Positions 1 to 12,541 of a stretch of DNA of 64,000 bases are shown here, piece by piece. The notes beneath the pieces are model-generated. The model saw only the letters and a program-made list of their open reading frames with translations. It made no database searches and was not told where the DNA came from. The DNA comes from Daphnia carinata. Lineage: Eukaryota. Position 1 is the first letter of the stretch, and every line of letters starts with the position of its first letter. The position numbers and the translations under genes were made by a program. The DNA lies in contig NC_081331.1 of the NCBI RefSeq assembly GCF_022539665.2, forward strand, positions 13,330,001-13,394,000. The letters run 5' to 3'.

Positions 1-463
1 AATTTGCCATCACGTAATTTTTGGGCGGATGTTATGTAAACAGACACTAAAAAAAAAGAAACAACCGAAAAGTTCCTTTAAAAAGAAACACCCTTCGTTG
101 GGCAAACTTTTTAAAGACACCGTCGTCTTTTTACATAAAAAACATGTTCTACATAAGTAATGGAACGAAACTAGAAGATCGATTGTTCTGCATTTGTGAA
201 ATTTGCAAAACCATCATCAACTTTCTGAGGCCTTATTTTATATCCTCCTCATTTTCGGATACATTTGAACCTTATAGGCCGCCCCTTAACTGATGGTTTT
301 AGTAAATTGTGCGTTATTTTACATGATACGTTCACATAAAATAACCTTTCATCTGTCGTAAAGTACAAATGAATTCCATGAGACCAATGTGGGGAACTAT
401 CGGTCTATGGTTAATGGTTTGCGCTTATAACTGTGTTAGTTAAAACTGTTAAAGGATTGTTAC

Positions 464-2017
464 CGGAAGATGGGCGGTCGGAATATCGGGTGCAGTACAC
501 CCAAGCTGGCCAGAGAGCTTCCTTGTCGCCGCCGCTTCCTCCTGATGACGATGTCTGCTGTTGATTGGCGCTTCCCCCGCTGGAGCCACCACCAGACGCA
601 AGTTCGTTGTTGCCGACGGAACAAGTCGATCCACCAACCTGATGCGCATCAACAACGAAACAACTGATTAGCTATCTTACAATACAATGGATATTGAAAT
701 CTGCCTTTATCTCAAAGCCGCTATTCTGTACAACTACAATTAAGGGGCCTATCGCCTTTTGCATTGCAATCACATAAGTGTCTTATGCTTTTTCTATACG
801 GCAAATTTAACATGCAGTTTATTAGCAAAGATTTCCTAGAAAGGGAGAGCCCCGAGGCTTAATGAGACGGTGGTTTGACTGATCAGTGTTGAAAGTGATC
901 TAATCAGTATACATTAATCAAAAGTAGGTGTGTACAATCGATCCTCATCGCTTGTTCCAAAAATAATTCATTCCTGATTGAATTCATGGCGCGAATCGAA
1001 AGAGAAAATAGAGCTTACGGAGACGGATCGAACCGGACTAGCAGACGAGTTATCATCGGCGCTACTTGAGTGAAGTGACGGGCTTTCTTGAGACGCTGAC
1101 TGTTTCTCGGGCACCAGTCCCGCACATAGTCGATGGCCGGGATCCGGAGGCGACGCCGAATTGCGAACACTCAGATCGATAGCTTTGCTTCCGGTCGGTT
1201 GATGGTGTCCCTTATGCAATTGCTGAGTTTTGGCCTTGGCGCTGGCAGCGGCGGTTGCCGATGCTAACGCAGTAAGAGGATGAGACGCCGCTTGCCGGTT
1301 GTCATGAGATCGGCCGGTGAGCGCACCACCAGACGGCGTTGGCTGGTGGGGTAACCAGTTCTTATGATTAGCACCGCCAAGATACTTGTCTGTGCAGCTT
1401 TCGACTAGATTCAGCGTAGTCGGGTGATGCTGCGCTTGATGAGCGAGCAACATGCTGTTGAGCGGATGCGGATGCGTGATTGCTTGCGCCACAGAGGCAT
1501 TATGAGCCGCCAGATGGTGTTGATGATAGTCAATTGATGAACCAGCAGCAGCAGTGGCAGCGAGGATCATTTGGCGTGCCGCAGCCAAGAACGGCAACTG
1601 ATGAAAAGCTCCCAAGAAACTTCCAGCAGCACTCGCAGAGGAATTCAACTGCTGCTGCTGCTGAATCAGCTGATGGTGATGCGTGTGAAACGCCACGGCC
1701 GCGGCCGATTCTGCCGGGTTCATCCGACCGAACTCCGGATTGAGGATATTGTCAATTGAGAATTTGATTATGTTCGCGGCTGATGCAACTGAGTCTTTAT
1801 CGTCTTCGGAAATTCCATTCATGTCGCGGTTTTCATCTTTGAGACTTTCAGGTGAAGCGAATTCATCGCCCGAGTGTTGATCCGCTGGTGGAGGAGTAGT
1901 TCCGCCGACACTTAGCTCTTCATCTGATACCAGGTTATCCGACTGATGATCACTTAAATTGTTGCTCTTGTAGTGTCTCAAACTATGATGACGAATCACG
2001 GGGCTTTCGTCGGCCAT
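464..2017 (-). CDS. en/inv: Engrailed/invected-family homeobox transcription factor, 5' partial (exon 1 2017-1019, exon 2 638-464; homeodomain exon(s) lie left of the window)
   Basis: Exon 1 encodes the EH1 Groucho-binding motif [14 protein letters not shown] plus Ala/His/Gln-rich tracts and ends at a GTAAG donor (1018). Exon 2 (AG acceptor 640-639, phase 0) reads [59 protein letters not shown], the diagnostic engrailed EH2 motif, followed by the usual phase-1 GT donor (463). The first ATG is at 2017; the track's 2041 start is a GTG. Confidence 0.95.
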
Positions 2018-2225
2018 GATGTTGAGTTGATTGAATTTCACGATGAAACCGCTTTTTAAGTGAAAGACATAAAAACATGCAGACTATACCATGAGCTTTT
2101 GTTTCAGCCACGATCGTGATGCCTACTTGAATATCGAACAATGAACACTGAATAATGATGTATCGGCGATCGTGACGTCCATCAGCACCGTTAACAGCTA
2201 GTTACGAATCTGTTTGGATCATACA

Positions 2226-2405
2226 AGAGACTGCCGATCGGATGAACCAGCCGCTTACCAAGAGCCAATTTTCACAAAGAATAGAAAAGGTGGGACTTGT
2301 GTAATGGTTACTTGATGGGTGGGACGGTGGGGCGGTGACTTCCTGTGCCAACTTCGTTAGTCCCGCCCGTTCGTATTCCTGGCCAACCTGGAAGACTCCG
2401 CCCCA
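2226..2405 (-). promoter_or_regulatory. Putative proximal promoter of the engrailed-family gene (Inr-like GCAGT near 2232, three Sp/KLF GC boxes, ETS-like site)
   Basis: GGGGCGG ~2328, TCCCGCCC ~2361, CTCCGCCCC ~2396 and GACTTCCTGT ~2337 lie 300-390 nt upstream of the ATG. Motif matching only. Confidence 0.4.
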
Positions 2406-5400
2406 CGAAAAATCTTAGTGTTATCAAGAAGAACCCGACTTCAACAGCGGAGAGTTGAACGCATAGAGTAAGACACCCAGAATAGCTGCAGCAATGGAGT
2501 TATATTGCTTTCTTCGCTGGAACAGTTGTACTTTTTTTCCCCCCCAATCTCAACGCACTAGACTTTATCTCGACTATAACCGTCATCGGGACATCTGATT
2601 AGTTCTAGACGATTCACTTCATTTTCAAGGCATTTTCCGTTTTCGCTGCGTTCTAGCAGTTTTCGTTCGGTGTTACTTTCGCAGCCTTTTTGAGCTTGAG
2701 GTAGTCTGTTTTGTGGTAATCAGACTCTGTGAGAAGAGGGTTTTTAATGTCCGCCTAACAAAGAACACATACCTTTCCTATATTTTTAGGCTTCTTTCCA
2801 CCCCAAAATTAAGTGTAAACGTTTATTTTTGTAACTGAGGTCATTGTTCAAACGCAGCATCCCTGGTATTGTATTTTCTAACGCGCATAAAACAGAAATT
2901 AATCAACATCATATTTCGATACATTTTTGTGTGGCTGCATACAGCCATTATGATGGTATTCAGACCGTTGGCGTCTTTTACGCTTGGCTTTCATAGGCTT
3001 AGAATAATAATTGGCAATCCTTTTTCCTTTAGAAAAATAGATAATCATTCAAGCGGTGTTTTTCAAAGTTTAATGTGTAGCTTTTGGTTGCATAGTGCAT
3101 GTTATTTAAGTAGTCAAAAAATAACAAAGAAAAAACGGGTTAGGAAGCGGTTTTGTTTTGCCGTCGGAAAATTGAAAAAGAAAGATACAACGTACCGCTT
3201 TACGTTTTTAGGCTATGACAAGACCTATAAGGAGCCGAGTGCTTTATCTTTTACTATCAGTACACTAATCTCACAACGAAAATCATCGGTTAAAAAATGA
3301 TGGCCTTTTGGAACGAGATGCAGAACCATCTGGTTCTATATAGGATCCCCTTTTACTTTGTCTCGCTTTTTCGCTATGCTGCATAATGTATCCTTGTCTA
3401 AGCTAAGAGATTGAGACCGATATACATGACGAACAAGTCCGTGCCCTAATCGAAACACTAGATTACTGCCAGGGTGTCCCTAACTATAGCGTACGAGGGA
3501 TCAGCCTTTCGCCACGCACACCTGCATCTGGCAGAGCTTATTCCGTTACTTTGGCAATCTGAAACTGGCCTTTCACCTCGCCTAGTCAGCGAGTGCGCTA
3601 GTTTTCGAACATTGGACATTAGTTGCTATATTTCAATGATTTCGTTTTAGACGTGTCGCGCGAAAGGTTATACACATCTCGGCGGTTGTTAGCATTTTAA
3701 TCTTTTCTATACCAAGTTTCTGTTTTATTTCCGAGTGTTTCTGAACACCAAATGGAGATAATTCATTTTCATCAGGCAAAAATTGGTAACATTCTAACTC
3801 AATTTTACCTTAGCATCAAAGTGATCTATGGGGAAACCACGGGCTGGCCCGAGTTCTCGCAGACGTATCGTATGACGCACTATAAACGCAATCTCGTGAG
3901 TCAGGCTTACTCATTTAGATAGAGCTTTACATGCTCTAAAAATAGAAAAACGTTTGTCTCTGGAATTCCTAGCCCCAGCTGCATTGATCTAGTTTCCGTG
4001 ACTGTCGGTTTGAATTACACACATAAACGAATACGCGATGCTATAGCACGGCTCTCTGTTTGCGTCCATATGCCGTGTAACCATGTACTTAATGATCTCT
4101 GCACACTTTAAGGTGCGTGACTCTTGGCGGCTAAACACCTCTCAGAATGCATTCGACTGATGGCATGTTGAACAACACGACGCCTACGTCCATTGTAACG
4201 AGACGAGTCGTAACAATAAGAGAATCAATCACCTTGCTAGACACGGAATACAACAATACAATATATAGTCTACAGCATATATCTATACGTCTATACGTTG
4301 CCGAGAATCTGTTCGGTGCATTGGCTCCGGCAGTGCCCACTTTGGTAGTATCCTCAAGCAAGGTCTTTGCACCCGGACAGCTACCAAATAGCAAGTTTTA
4401 TGATCAAGATGTTAATTTAGTCATACTTTTTTTTCTCAAGAGTCAAAATGCATGACATGGCATTGTAAATAACGCGTAACCTATTATCAAGAAGACTCGG
4501 TTTTCGCTTATTCTTTCAGGCCCTTATAGTTCCGCCAACAAACTACAAATTATCTATTTAACTTACATAGCAAAATTGTTTTGAAATCCTGGATTGTATT
4601 CTGTCTTTACAATATTTAAGTTGCCAGTTATCATATTGGTGGAGGGCGAAGATCGCTGTTGTAGGAAGTATTACAATGTTGCCTTTGCATTCGACTTGAC
4701 GCCAATACACGAGAAGCTCTTTTGTTCGTGCCTCCGTTGATGTTTGCGCTATTTTTACATAACGCCTATAACCGCCATTGCTTAATAAAACTATAAACCC
4801 CCGTTTTAGTTTTTTTTTCACGTGTAGTGCGTATTCTCGACTTGCGTAATCAATGTGTTAGGCGGAACTATAATATCTTCATTGTTTGAAGCAAGACGAG
4901 GGATGTGTAACAAGGATGTCTCGTGGATGTGGTGTCTCGTGGATGACCTCAAAGGGTTGAAATGAGAGCTGAAAAAACTTAACAACAAGAAGGAAGCAGC
5001 AACTTGGTAATAGTTTGTATCCAACTTTCGCCGTCTCGCAGCAGATATCTATAATTAAGCCAAGCTTGGTTGGACGCTCACAACTACAAGTCCATCGAGC
5101 CTTTTATCGACGGAGACCCTTGCGGCGGCTATGAGATTGCCCTATTTTAATTGACCCGCTCCTAGAACACGGGTACCTTTTTACCTGGCGCCCTAATGTG
5201 TGCTAACCATTGTGTGTATGCATTAAAAAGAAAAGCTAAACAAAAATTGAATCCCAGCCCCTCGAGTCACGGCGGCCATGTTGAGTTCGGTCTCGTCCAA
5301 TCCAGAGCCGCCGTCCACCATGATCAATCCAATCGAAAGCACTCAGGTATATAGGTATATATTCCATACCCAACCCCCTCTCCTCCCTCGAGCCTTTTTT

Positions 5401-6009
5401 TTAATATTTCCCCTCAACACAATCAACGAACTGCTGCACACCATTCTTTTCTTCTTCCGTTTTGCCAAGGTTGTTTTTATCTCACTGCTGTTGCCGAGCT
5501 CAATTAGGTTGAACTGCAATAATGAAACCGTCTGGCTTGTGTCTTTTATACCGTTGCTGTCGCAGAATCTTCCAATTAAATGCTACATTCTCCGTCAGCG
5601 TTTGACTTGTAATAGTGTAACATTTCAAACGAAATGTCACGGTCCGCTGATTATTAATCCGGCTAAGAGAATTTATACGAGCGAACGTGAGAACGTGTGT
5701 CAAAGTCAGTCAAATTGAACGTTCTCATGTGACCAGCGTAGTGCTTGCATAATAACTGGTACCTTGAAACTAAATTTCAAAAAATTACGATACACAGCTA
5801 ATTGGAATTTAATATAAGTAACACACAAAGAAAAATTAATATAAAACAAAATTAAATTGTTAAAATATAGACTTCGATCACTGTTGTTTTACGATAGTGT
5901 TGCACAATAATTTCTCGAATTGTTTCCGTACTAGATTAAATACAGCTGAGTCCTTAAGTATGAATAAATAAGCGTTCAAGGACTGCGATCTGTTATTTTG
6001 ATTCATGGC

Positions 6010-9000
6010 AAAGGTAAATGCCTTCTCACTTTTGCCAAAATCCGCAAAAAATTTAAACTCTTGGAACCCGATAATAATTACACTGTACAACCAAAATTAA
6101 ACGCTGTTTTCGATAAAAGTGGATTGTTTTTTGTCAACCCAACTGTTTTATAATAAAAGGGAAACAAAATGCTGGTAGCGCACATATTTGGGTTTGTTAT
6201 TTTTAGCGATTTCTTAAATAACTATAAGCCATAGGAAAAAACAAACAACATAACTATAATTTTTGTTTAATTTCGAATCAAAGTCATACATTTTTATAGC
6301 TACATCTAGGTGTTTTGAAAAAATCAAATGGGGCGAAAAAGTCGGGCTTATTTTTTTTCGTCGGGCTTAATTTTGAGTATGGCAGAATTCAGTATTGTAA
6401 TTTTTACATTAAATTTGGTTCACACAAACCTAAAATAAAAGGCTGATTTCAGCAAAAATACTTGTTTTCTCGTCAAACCATCCGTTTTTGTAATAAATAG
6501 AATTAACGCACTGCTGGCGCGCATTTATCATCCGTTTTTTTCGTTTATTAAATAAGCTATAATCCCAACGTATAAATAGACTTCATTTTTGTGATTCTCG
6601 TTCAATTTTGAATCGGAATCTTGTATTTAAAATGAAATCTAAATTTTGGCCAAAAATGAAAAAATGAGAAGGCTATAGCCTTCCCACTTTTGTCAAAATC
6701 GGCAAAAAAGGAAAACTCTTAGAATGCGATAAAAATCACACAGAACATTCAGAATTAAACGGTGATTTCGATAAAGTGGTTTTTTTTTGCGTTAAATCAA
6801 TCGTTTTTGAAATAAGTCGAATATTTAACACAAAGTTAGCGCGCCAGTGCGCACCAGCGCTAGCGCATGCAGCTCAAATATTCGGTATATTTAAAAAACA
6901 GTTGGCCTAATGAAAACAAGAACGACATATTTGTGAATTTGTTTTAATTTTAAATCAAAATCATGTATTTTTATAGTTATATCTAGATATTTTGAAAAAA
7001 ATTTAAATATCGGGCTTATTTTGTCGGGCTTAATTTTAGAAAGCCAACTTTTTTTTAGAAGACGGCACCTATTGGGCACATCGCAAACTACCTACTGCTC
7101 TAAAAAAAATTTGAATTCAAATAACTTAAAAACTACAACTCCCAAGAAAAAATCATCTTGATTTTCATGATCCTTGTTCACTTTGAAATCGAAAGCATGT
7201 ATGTTCAACGGAAAAAAAAATAAAGTGCCGCTAACAGTACTTTGTTTTCTATTATTTTCAAAACGGATGGTTTACGGAGAAAACCAATAGCTGCGTCAAA
7301 ATCAGCGTCCAATTTTGGTCATACAGTGTGAGTTTTGTCGAATTCGAAGAAATGACGTTTTTGGCTGATTTTGACAAAAGTGAGAAGGGTATAGCCTTCT
7401 CACTTTTTCATTTTTGGCCAAAATTTAGATTACATTTTAAATACATGATTCCGATTCAAAATTGAACGAGAATCACAAAAAGGAAGTCTATTTTTACGTT
7501 GGCCTTATAACTTTTTTAATAAACGGAAAAAACGGGTGATAAGTACTGGCGCGCCAGCAGTGCGTTAATTCCATTTATTACTAAAACGGCCAGTTTGGCG
7601 AAAAAACACATATTTTTCCTGACACCAGCGTTTTATTTTAGGTTATGTTACATCAAATTTAATATTAAAATTACAAAACTGAATTTCTGCCATACCGAAA
7701 ATTAAGCCCGAGAAAATAAGCCCAATGAAATAAGCCCGACTTTTTCGGGTTTATTTTTAGATAAGACTTTTTTACGGATATAGCTATAAAAATACATTAG
7801 TTTGATTCGGAATTAAACGAAAATAACAAATATGTCTTTTGTTTTTCATCGGTTCTTATAGTTATTGAATAAATGGCAAAAAACAACAAACCCAAATATG
7901 TGCGCATTTTGTTTCCGTTTATTTAAAAAAACAATTGGTTTGACGAGAAAAAAACCACTTTATAGAAATCACCATTTAATTTTGAATGTTCTGTGTGATT
8001 TTTATCGCATTCTAAGAGTTTTCATTTTTTGCGGATTTTGACAAAAGTGGGAAGGCTATAAGCCTTCTCACTTTTTCATTTTTGGCCAAAATTTAGATTT
8101 GATGGGAAATACATGATTCCGATTCAAAATTGAACGAAAATCACAAAAATGAAGTTTATTTTTACGTCGGGGTTATAGCTTTATTAATAAACGGAAAAAA
8201 TGAGTGATAAATGTTGGCGCGCCAGCAGTGCGTTAATTGTATTGATTACAAATACGGCTGGTTTGACGAGAAAACAAATATTTTCCCTGAAATCAGCGTT
8301 CTATTTTACGTTAATCCAGATCAAATTTAATGTCAAAATTACAAAGCTGAATTTCAACATACTCAAAATTAAGCCCGACTTATTTTGTCGGGCTTAATTT
8401 TGATTTTGATTTTTTTTTAACATCTAGATATAGCTATAAAAATATACGAATTTGATTCGAAATTAAATGAGAATCACAAATATGTCATTACTTTTTTCAT
8501 TGGGCCAACCGTTTTTGAAATACATTGAATATTTGTGCTGCATCGTGCTGACGCTGGTGCGTACTGGCGCGCTAGCGCTGGTCGTACTGCCGTTCTAGCA
8601 TTGCGTTTAAAATTCGGTGTAATTAAAAAACAATTGATTTGACGCAAAAATAAATCAGGTTATCGAAATCAGCGTTTTATTTTGCTTGTTCTGCGTGATT
8701 TTTATCGGATTCTAAGAGTTTTTATTTTTTGCCGATTTTGACAAAAGTGGGAAGGCTATAGCCTTCTCACTTTTTCATTTTTGGCCAAAAATTAGATTTC
8801 ATTTTAAATACATGATTCCGATTCAAAATTGAACGAGAATCACAAAAATGAAGTCTATTTTTATGTTGGCCTTATAGCTTTTTGAATAAACGGAAAAAAC
8901 GGGTGATAAGTGCTAGCGCGCCTGCAATGCGTTTCCGATTCCAGTAATTACAAAAACGGCTGGTTTGATAAGAAAACAAATATTTTTCCTGAAATCAGCG

Positions 9001-9300
9001 TTTTTTTAGGTTAACTTCACTCAAATTTAATGTCAAAATTACAACCCTGAATTTCTACTATACTCAAAATTAAGCCCGACAAAATAAGCCCGACTTTTTC
9101 GTCCATTTCATTTTTTTTCCGAACATCTAGATATGCTATAAAAATACATGAATTTGATTCTAAATTAAACGGAAAATCACAAATGTGTCGTTTTTTTTTT
9201 CATTAGGTCAACCGTTTTTTAAATACACCGAATACTTGCCACAACGCTAGCGCGATGCTGCACAAATATTCGGTCTATTTCGAAGATACGGTTGTTTGAC
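6010..9300. repeat. AT-rich higher-order repeat array (~660-700 bp units) arranged as inverted arms; probable non-autonomous foldback-type DNA transposon relic
   Basis: The block AAAAGTGGGAAGGCTATAGCCTTCTCACTTTTTCATTTTTGGCCAAAA...AAATACATGATTCCGATTCAAAATTGAACGAGAATCACAAAAATGAAGTC recurs on + at ~7376, ~8043 and ~8743, and as reverse complement at ~6575-6695 (partial at ~6010-6050 and ~7157-7204). No meaningful ORF. Confidence 0.85.
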
Positions 9301-9630
9301 ACGTTTAACAGCGAAAATCTATTCAAGATCTGAGTTTACCAGAGCACTCTGTCAGGCCAAAATTGTCAAATACCAGAGCGTACTGGTGGTTTGAGACACC
9401 AACTCTGGAGCTTAATATGCATACTTCAAGTTGCTTTGCAGGCTTTACTACTCCTGGTATATTTCATGGTAAAAAAATATGAACCTTATATACAGTGAAG
9501 AATGATCTGTTTATTGGCTGATTTTTTGTTACTAATAAGGTGTATTTTGATTGATAAAAGTAATGCCCTCTTTTTCTGCACACTCACAACGTCTACTGTT
9601 AAAGAACTAGCCTCGTAGAGCATGACTAAC

Positions 9631-11265
9631 TCACATAGGAGGATTCGGGTTCCTAGTCGCTCCTGCAGGTGGACTTAGCAGGCTCAAAGAGTTCCACATT
9701 CGCGACATGCAGTTGGTGCTGCTGTGTACTTGACCACTGGCCAACGTGAACCACAATGACTCGTCCATGCTGAATTGTGGTGAATTGGCTAACATGGTTT
9801 CGACGACGGTTAGAGCGGCGCTTACTTGTGCGTAATAGGGGTCTTCTTCTAATTCCCCAACGTCTATGTAAATCCGCTGAGGTGCCCTCGGTCCCAGATT
9901 AGTCTTCTTGATTGTGTGGTTCAAAAAATAGAACCCATTGTCGACATTTATCTCAGTGGGCCACCAGAAAGAAGAGCTTTTACACCATCCCTGTATGCAA
10001 AGGGCGAAATATTACTATAATAGCTGATTTTAAAACTTTAAATAGTTCAAACCATTCCAAACGTGTTGGGTCGTGTCCAAAGAGCATGACAAGCTAGAAG
10101 TCCACCCAAAGAGCAGCCGCCAATAGCCAAATTGTTACGAATTTCGAATTGATTGCGTTCGTTGGTCAATAGCTTCAAAGCTGGAAGAACTTCATTTATC
10201 ACATAGTCGAGGTAGTCATCGCCAAGTCCGCCAACTTCCACTGGATAACCACATCCATCGCGGAAATATTCCATATATTCCTGACCAGTTACATTCTGTG
10301 GGATGCAACCAGCGCAGTTATCGGACCAATCACCGTTATAACAATAGTACTGTATGCCAGGAACCGGAGTAAGAAAAGCAATACGGCCATCGTCGTTTAT
10401 GGGATCTCCTTGTGGTGGATTCGACAACGAATAGTCATTTGATCCAATAAAGACAACTTCTTCCGCAATGGCCTTTTCCACAAAAATATCGTCAAAGGAG
10501 AAGCGATACAGTTCCATGTATGCAGGGCTCAGGTCAGGTACCACAAACGTCTTGTACGTTTTATAATGGTTTTCATTATAGCTTGGAGGCAAGTAATAAC
10601 CCCAAATGCGGGTGCCGATGATCTGGTTGACCAATGATTGGACAGTTGTTGCATGTACGGAGCCTGATCTTGTGAAAAAGTATGGGTATGAGAATTCTTC
10701 CCGGACCGGAAAATTGGCCTCCAGTTTTGAAATATGGACATGCGTTCCGTGATTGGGACCTAGCATGTCCGTTTTGTTGCTGGTCAAAATACGATATTCG
10801 AGGCGACCATTGACTGGCAGGACGTTGTTATGGATACACTCGGCGCAGCCATAACCATCGGGCAAACCAGAGAACTTCAAATCGATCGACCAAGTGTCGG
10901 TTGTTCCTGGCCTCGTTAACGGTTGTGGGTCGTCCCATGCCAATCCTAGTCCGTTACCAACGATAAACAAATCCGTCGGCAGCGAGCGATTCTAAGCAAA
11001 ATTTCAACTTCAGTATATCACTCCGTGTTAAAATAATGATTACTATGCTTAGCGAGATAATCAACCTACAACTAATTCGGATTCAGGATAGCGGACGACG
11101 ATTCGGAGCGTTAAGCCGGTACGGATGTAAGGCTTTACAATTTGGCCGTCCACATAACGATGTCCGGGACAAGATAGACACGCAACGACAAGAAAAACGA
11201 TCGCCTTGGAAACCTTTGATAAATGACAAAACACAATAAGTTAATTACATCATTACGTTAAACAT
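9631..11265 (-). CDS. Secreted alpha/beta-hydrolase (putative esterase, IroE/BesA/Fes-like family) with an N-terminal CBM20-like domain; exons ~11265-11257 (uncertain), 11213-11070, 10991-10053, 9990-9631
   Basis: Hydrophobic signal-like N-terminus (VSKAIVFLVVACLSCPG), CBM20-like segment FIVGNGLGLAWDDP...TWSIDL...LEYRIL...GPNH, YYLPPSYNEN, GGLGDDYLDYVINEVLP, nucleophile elbow IGGCSLGGLLA, SSSFWW and IYIDVG. GT-AG junctions join in frame. The start exon is tentative because it needs a 43-nt intron. Confidence 0.75.
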
Positions 11266-12541
11266 GAGCGAACAGAAAATCAAATACTAGCAATTTGATA
11301 TAAGATAAATTGATCTTTCTTTCAATGCGCAGATTTTCTATATTTTAAAGCTTACGTAGGAAAATGCTTGTGTTTCTCTTTATTTTTCTCTTGCGAAAAA
11401 AATATTCCTGTGAAAGCTGCTTCACAGCATCACGTTGGACAGACAGCCACAGAAGTATATTAGTCGATTTGGGAACAATGCTGCAAAATGAATTAAAATA
11501 TAGAAAGAAGGTAATTAGCCATCTTTTTCCACCGTCTCTATGCGAGAAAAACCGAGAATCCCGGTCACTAAATTCATGTTGCATTCTTGTGTACCAAAAT
11601 GCTGATATACTGTACATCTGACAGATGCTATGGATAAGCGTAAATCGTGGAAAAAATATAGGTCCTTTTTCAAATTACGTTAAGGCGCCAATTGCTCAAG
11701 TATTCTCAATTGGAAAATAGGTAATCGGGATTCTTACCGAAATAATTCCCATAGTCAGTCAGGAACAGAACAACGACCGAAGTAAACGGAGCTCTAGAAA
11801 CCTACAACCAACCGGACCTATTGAAACAACAATATATAGCTGATTGCTTCCCAAACAGATAAATCATTGCGACAACATTTCACATGCCTAAATCAAACAA
11901 ATGGTGGAACTCCGACTATCTATGATGAATCAGTCACTCAAGTGCCATATGGTTAAGTAACCAAATCACGAGGATGATTCAGCACGTCTCCTACGATTGT
12001 CTTTGGTTTTTAAGATTGGTACGTTTGACGCAAACGAAGGTGACTGATTCTCCTGACGTCTGGCTCCATTGCGTTTTATCAGCCGATGTAATAGGACTAA
12101 AGATAGATCTTCAAATTCAAAAGGGCCTTTTTTGCTGTGATTGTCCTGCCCTATCTTGAAGCATTAATATTTAATAAATCTGTGAAAGGAATGTTTACTT
12201 TGCCTTTTGTTTCGTATCGATCTTGTTAGTGGATTGACGTTTCGTACCCGAAAAGAAAGAGGCTTACACGGACAAATAGACAGAAATCCTTCGGTCTTCG
12301 CCTTCCTAATCGCAGAGCGGACCCTGTTATTCTATGTAGAAGGACGGCAGTACTTGAGCCCATCTGCGACTAGCAAATAAATACTGCACACAGCAATGGG
12401 TTAAATGTAGTCACATTTGGAGAGGTACGCTTACTAATGTGATTAGGTCATTCTCTGTTGCCGAAACATCTAGGATGGAATTCCAAACAGGATATATTCG
12501 ACGTCAAGGAAGTGAAGCAAAAAGAATTTTTCAATAAATCA

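Noticed and set aside
1..463. 6-nt RS micro-exon typical of invected
   Set aside because: I found no AG-6nt-GT arrangement encoding it on the minus strand here; it may lie left of the window.
449..667. Track ORFs 449..655(-) and 470..667(+)
   Set aside because: They are wrong-frame or antisense shadows of engrailed exon 2 (638-464), whose true frame encodes [17 protein letters not shown].
968..1018. C-terminal tail ([16 protein letters not shown]) of ORF 968..2041
   Set aside because: It is read-through into the intron after the GTAAG donor at 1018.
4131..5718. Short ORFs upstream of engrailed (e.g. 4147..4455, 5278..5718)
   Set aside because: No recognisable motifs or splice structure; consistent with chance ORFs in regulatory DNA.
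6010..9300. Repeat array as a CRISPR array or autonomous transposon
   Set aside because: Eukaryotic context, long degenerate units without unique spacers, and no cas or transposase ORF.
11915..12060. U3 or C/D-box snoRNA-like words (ATGATGA at 11922, CACGAGGATGA, CTGA)
   Set aside because: U3 boxes A and B and a terminal stem are missing; the motifs are short and likely chance.
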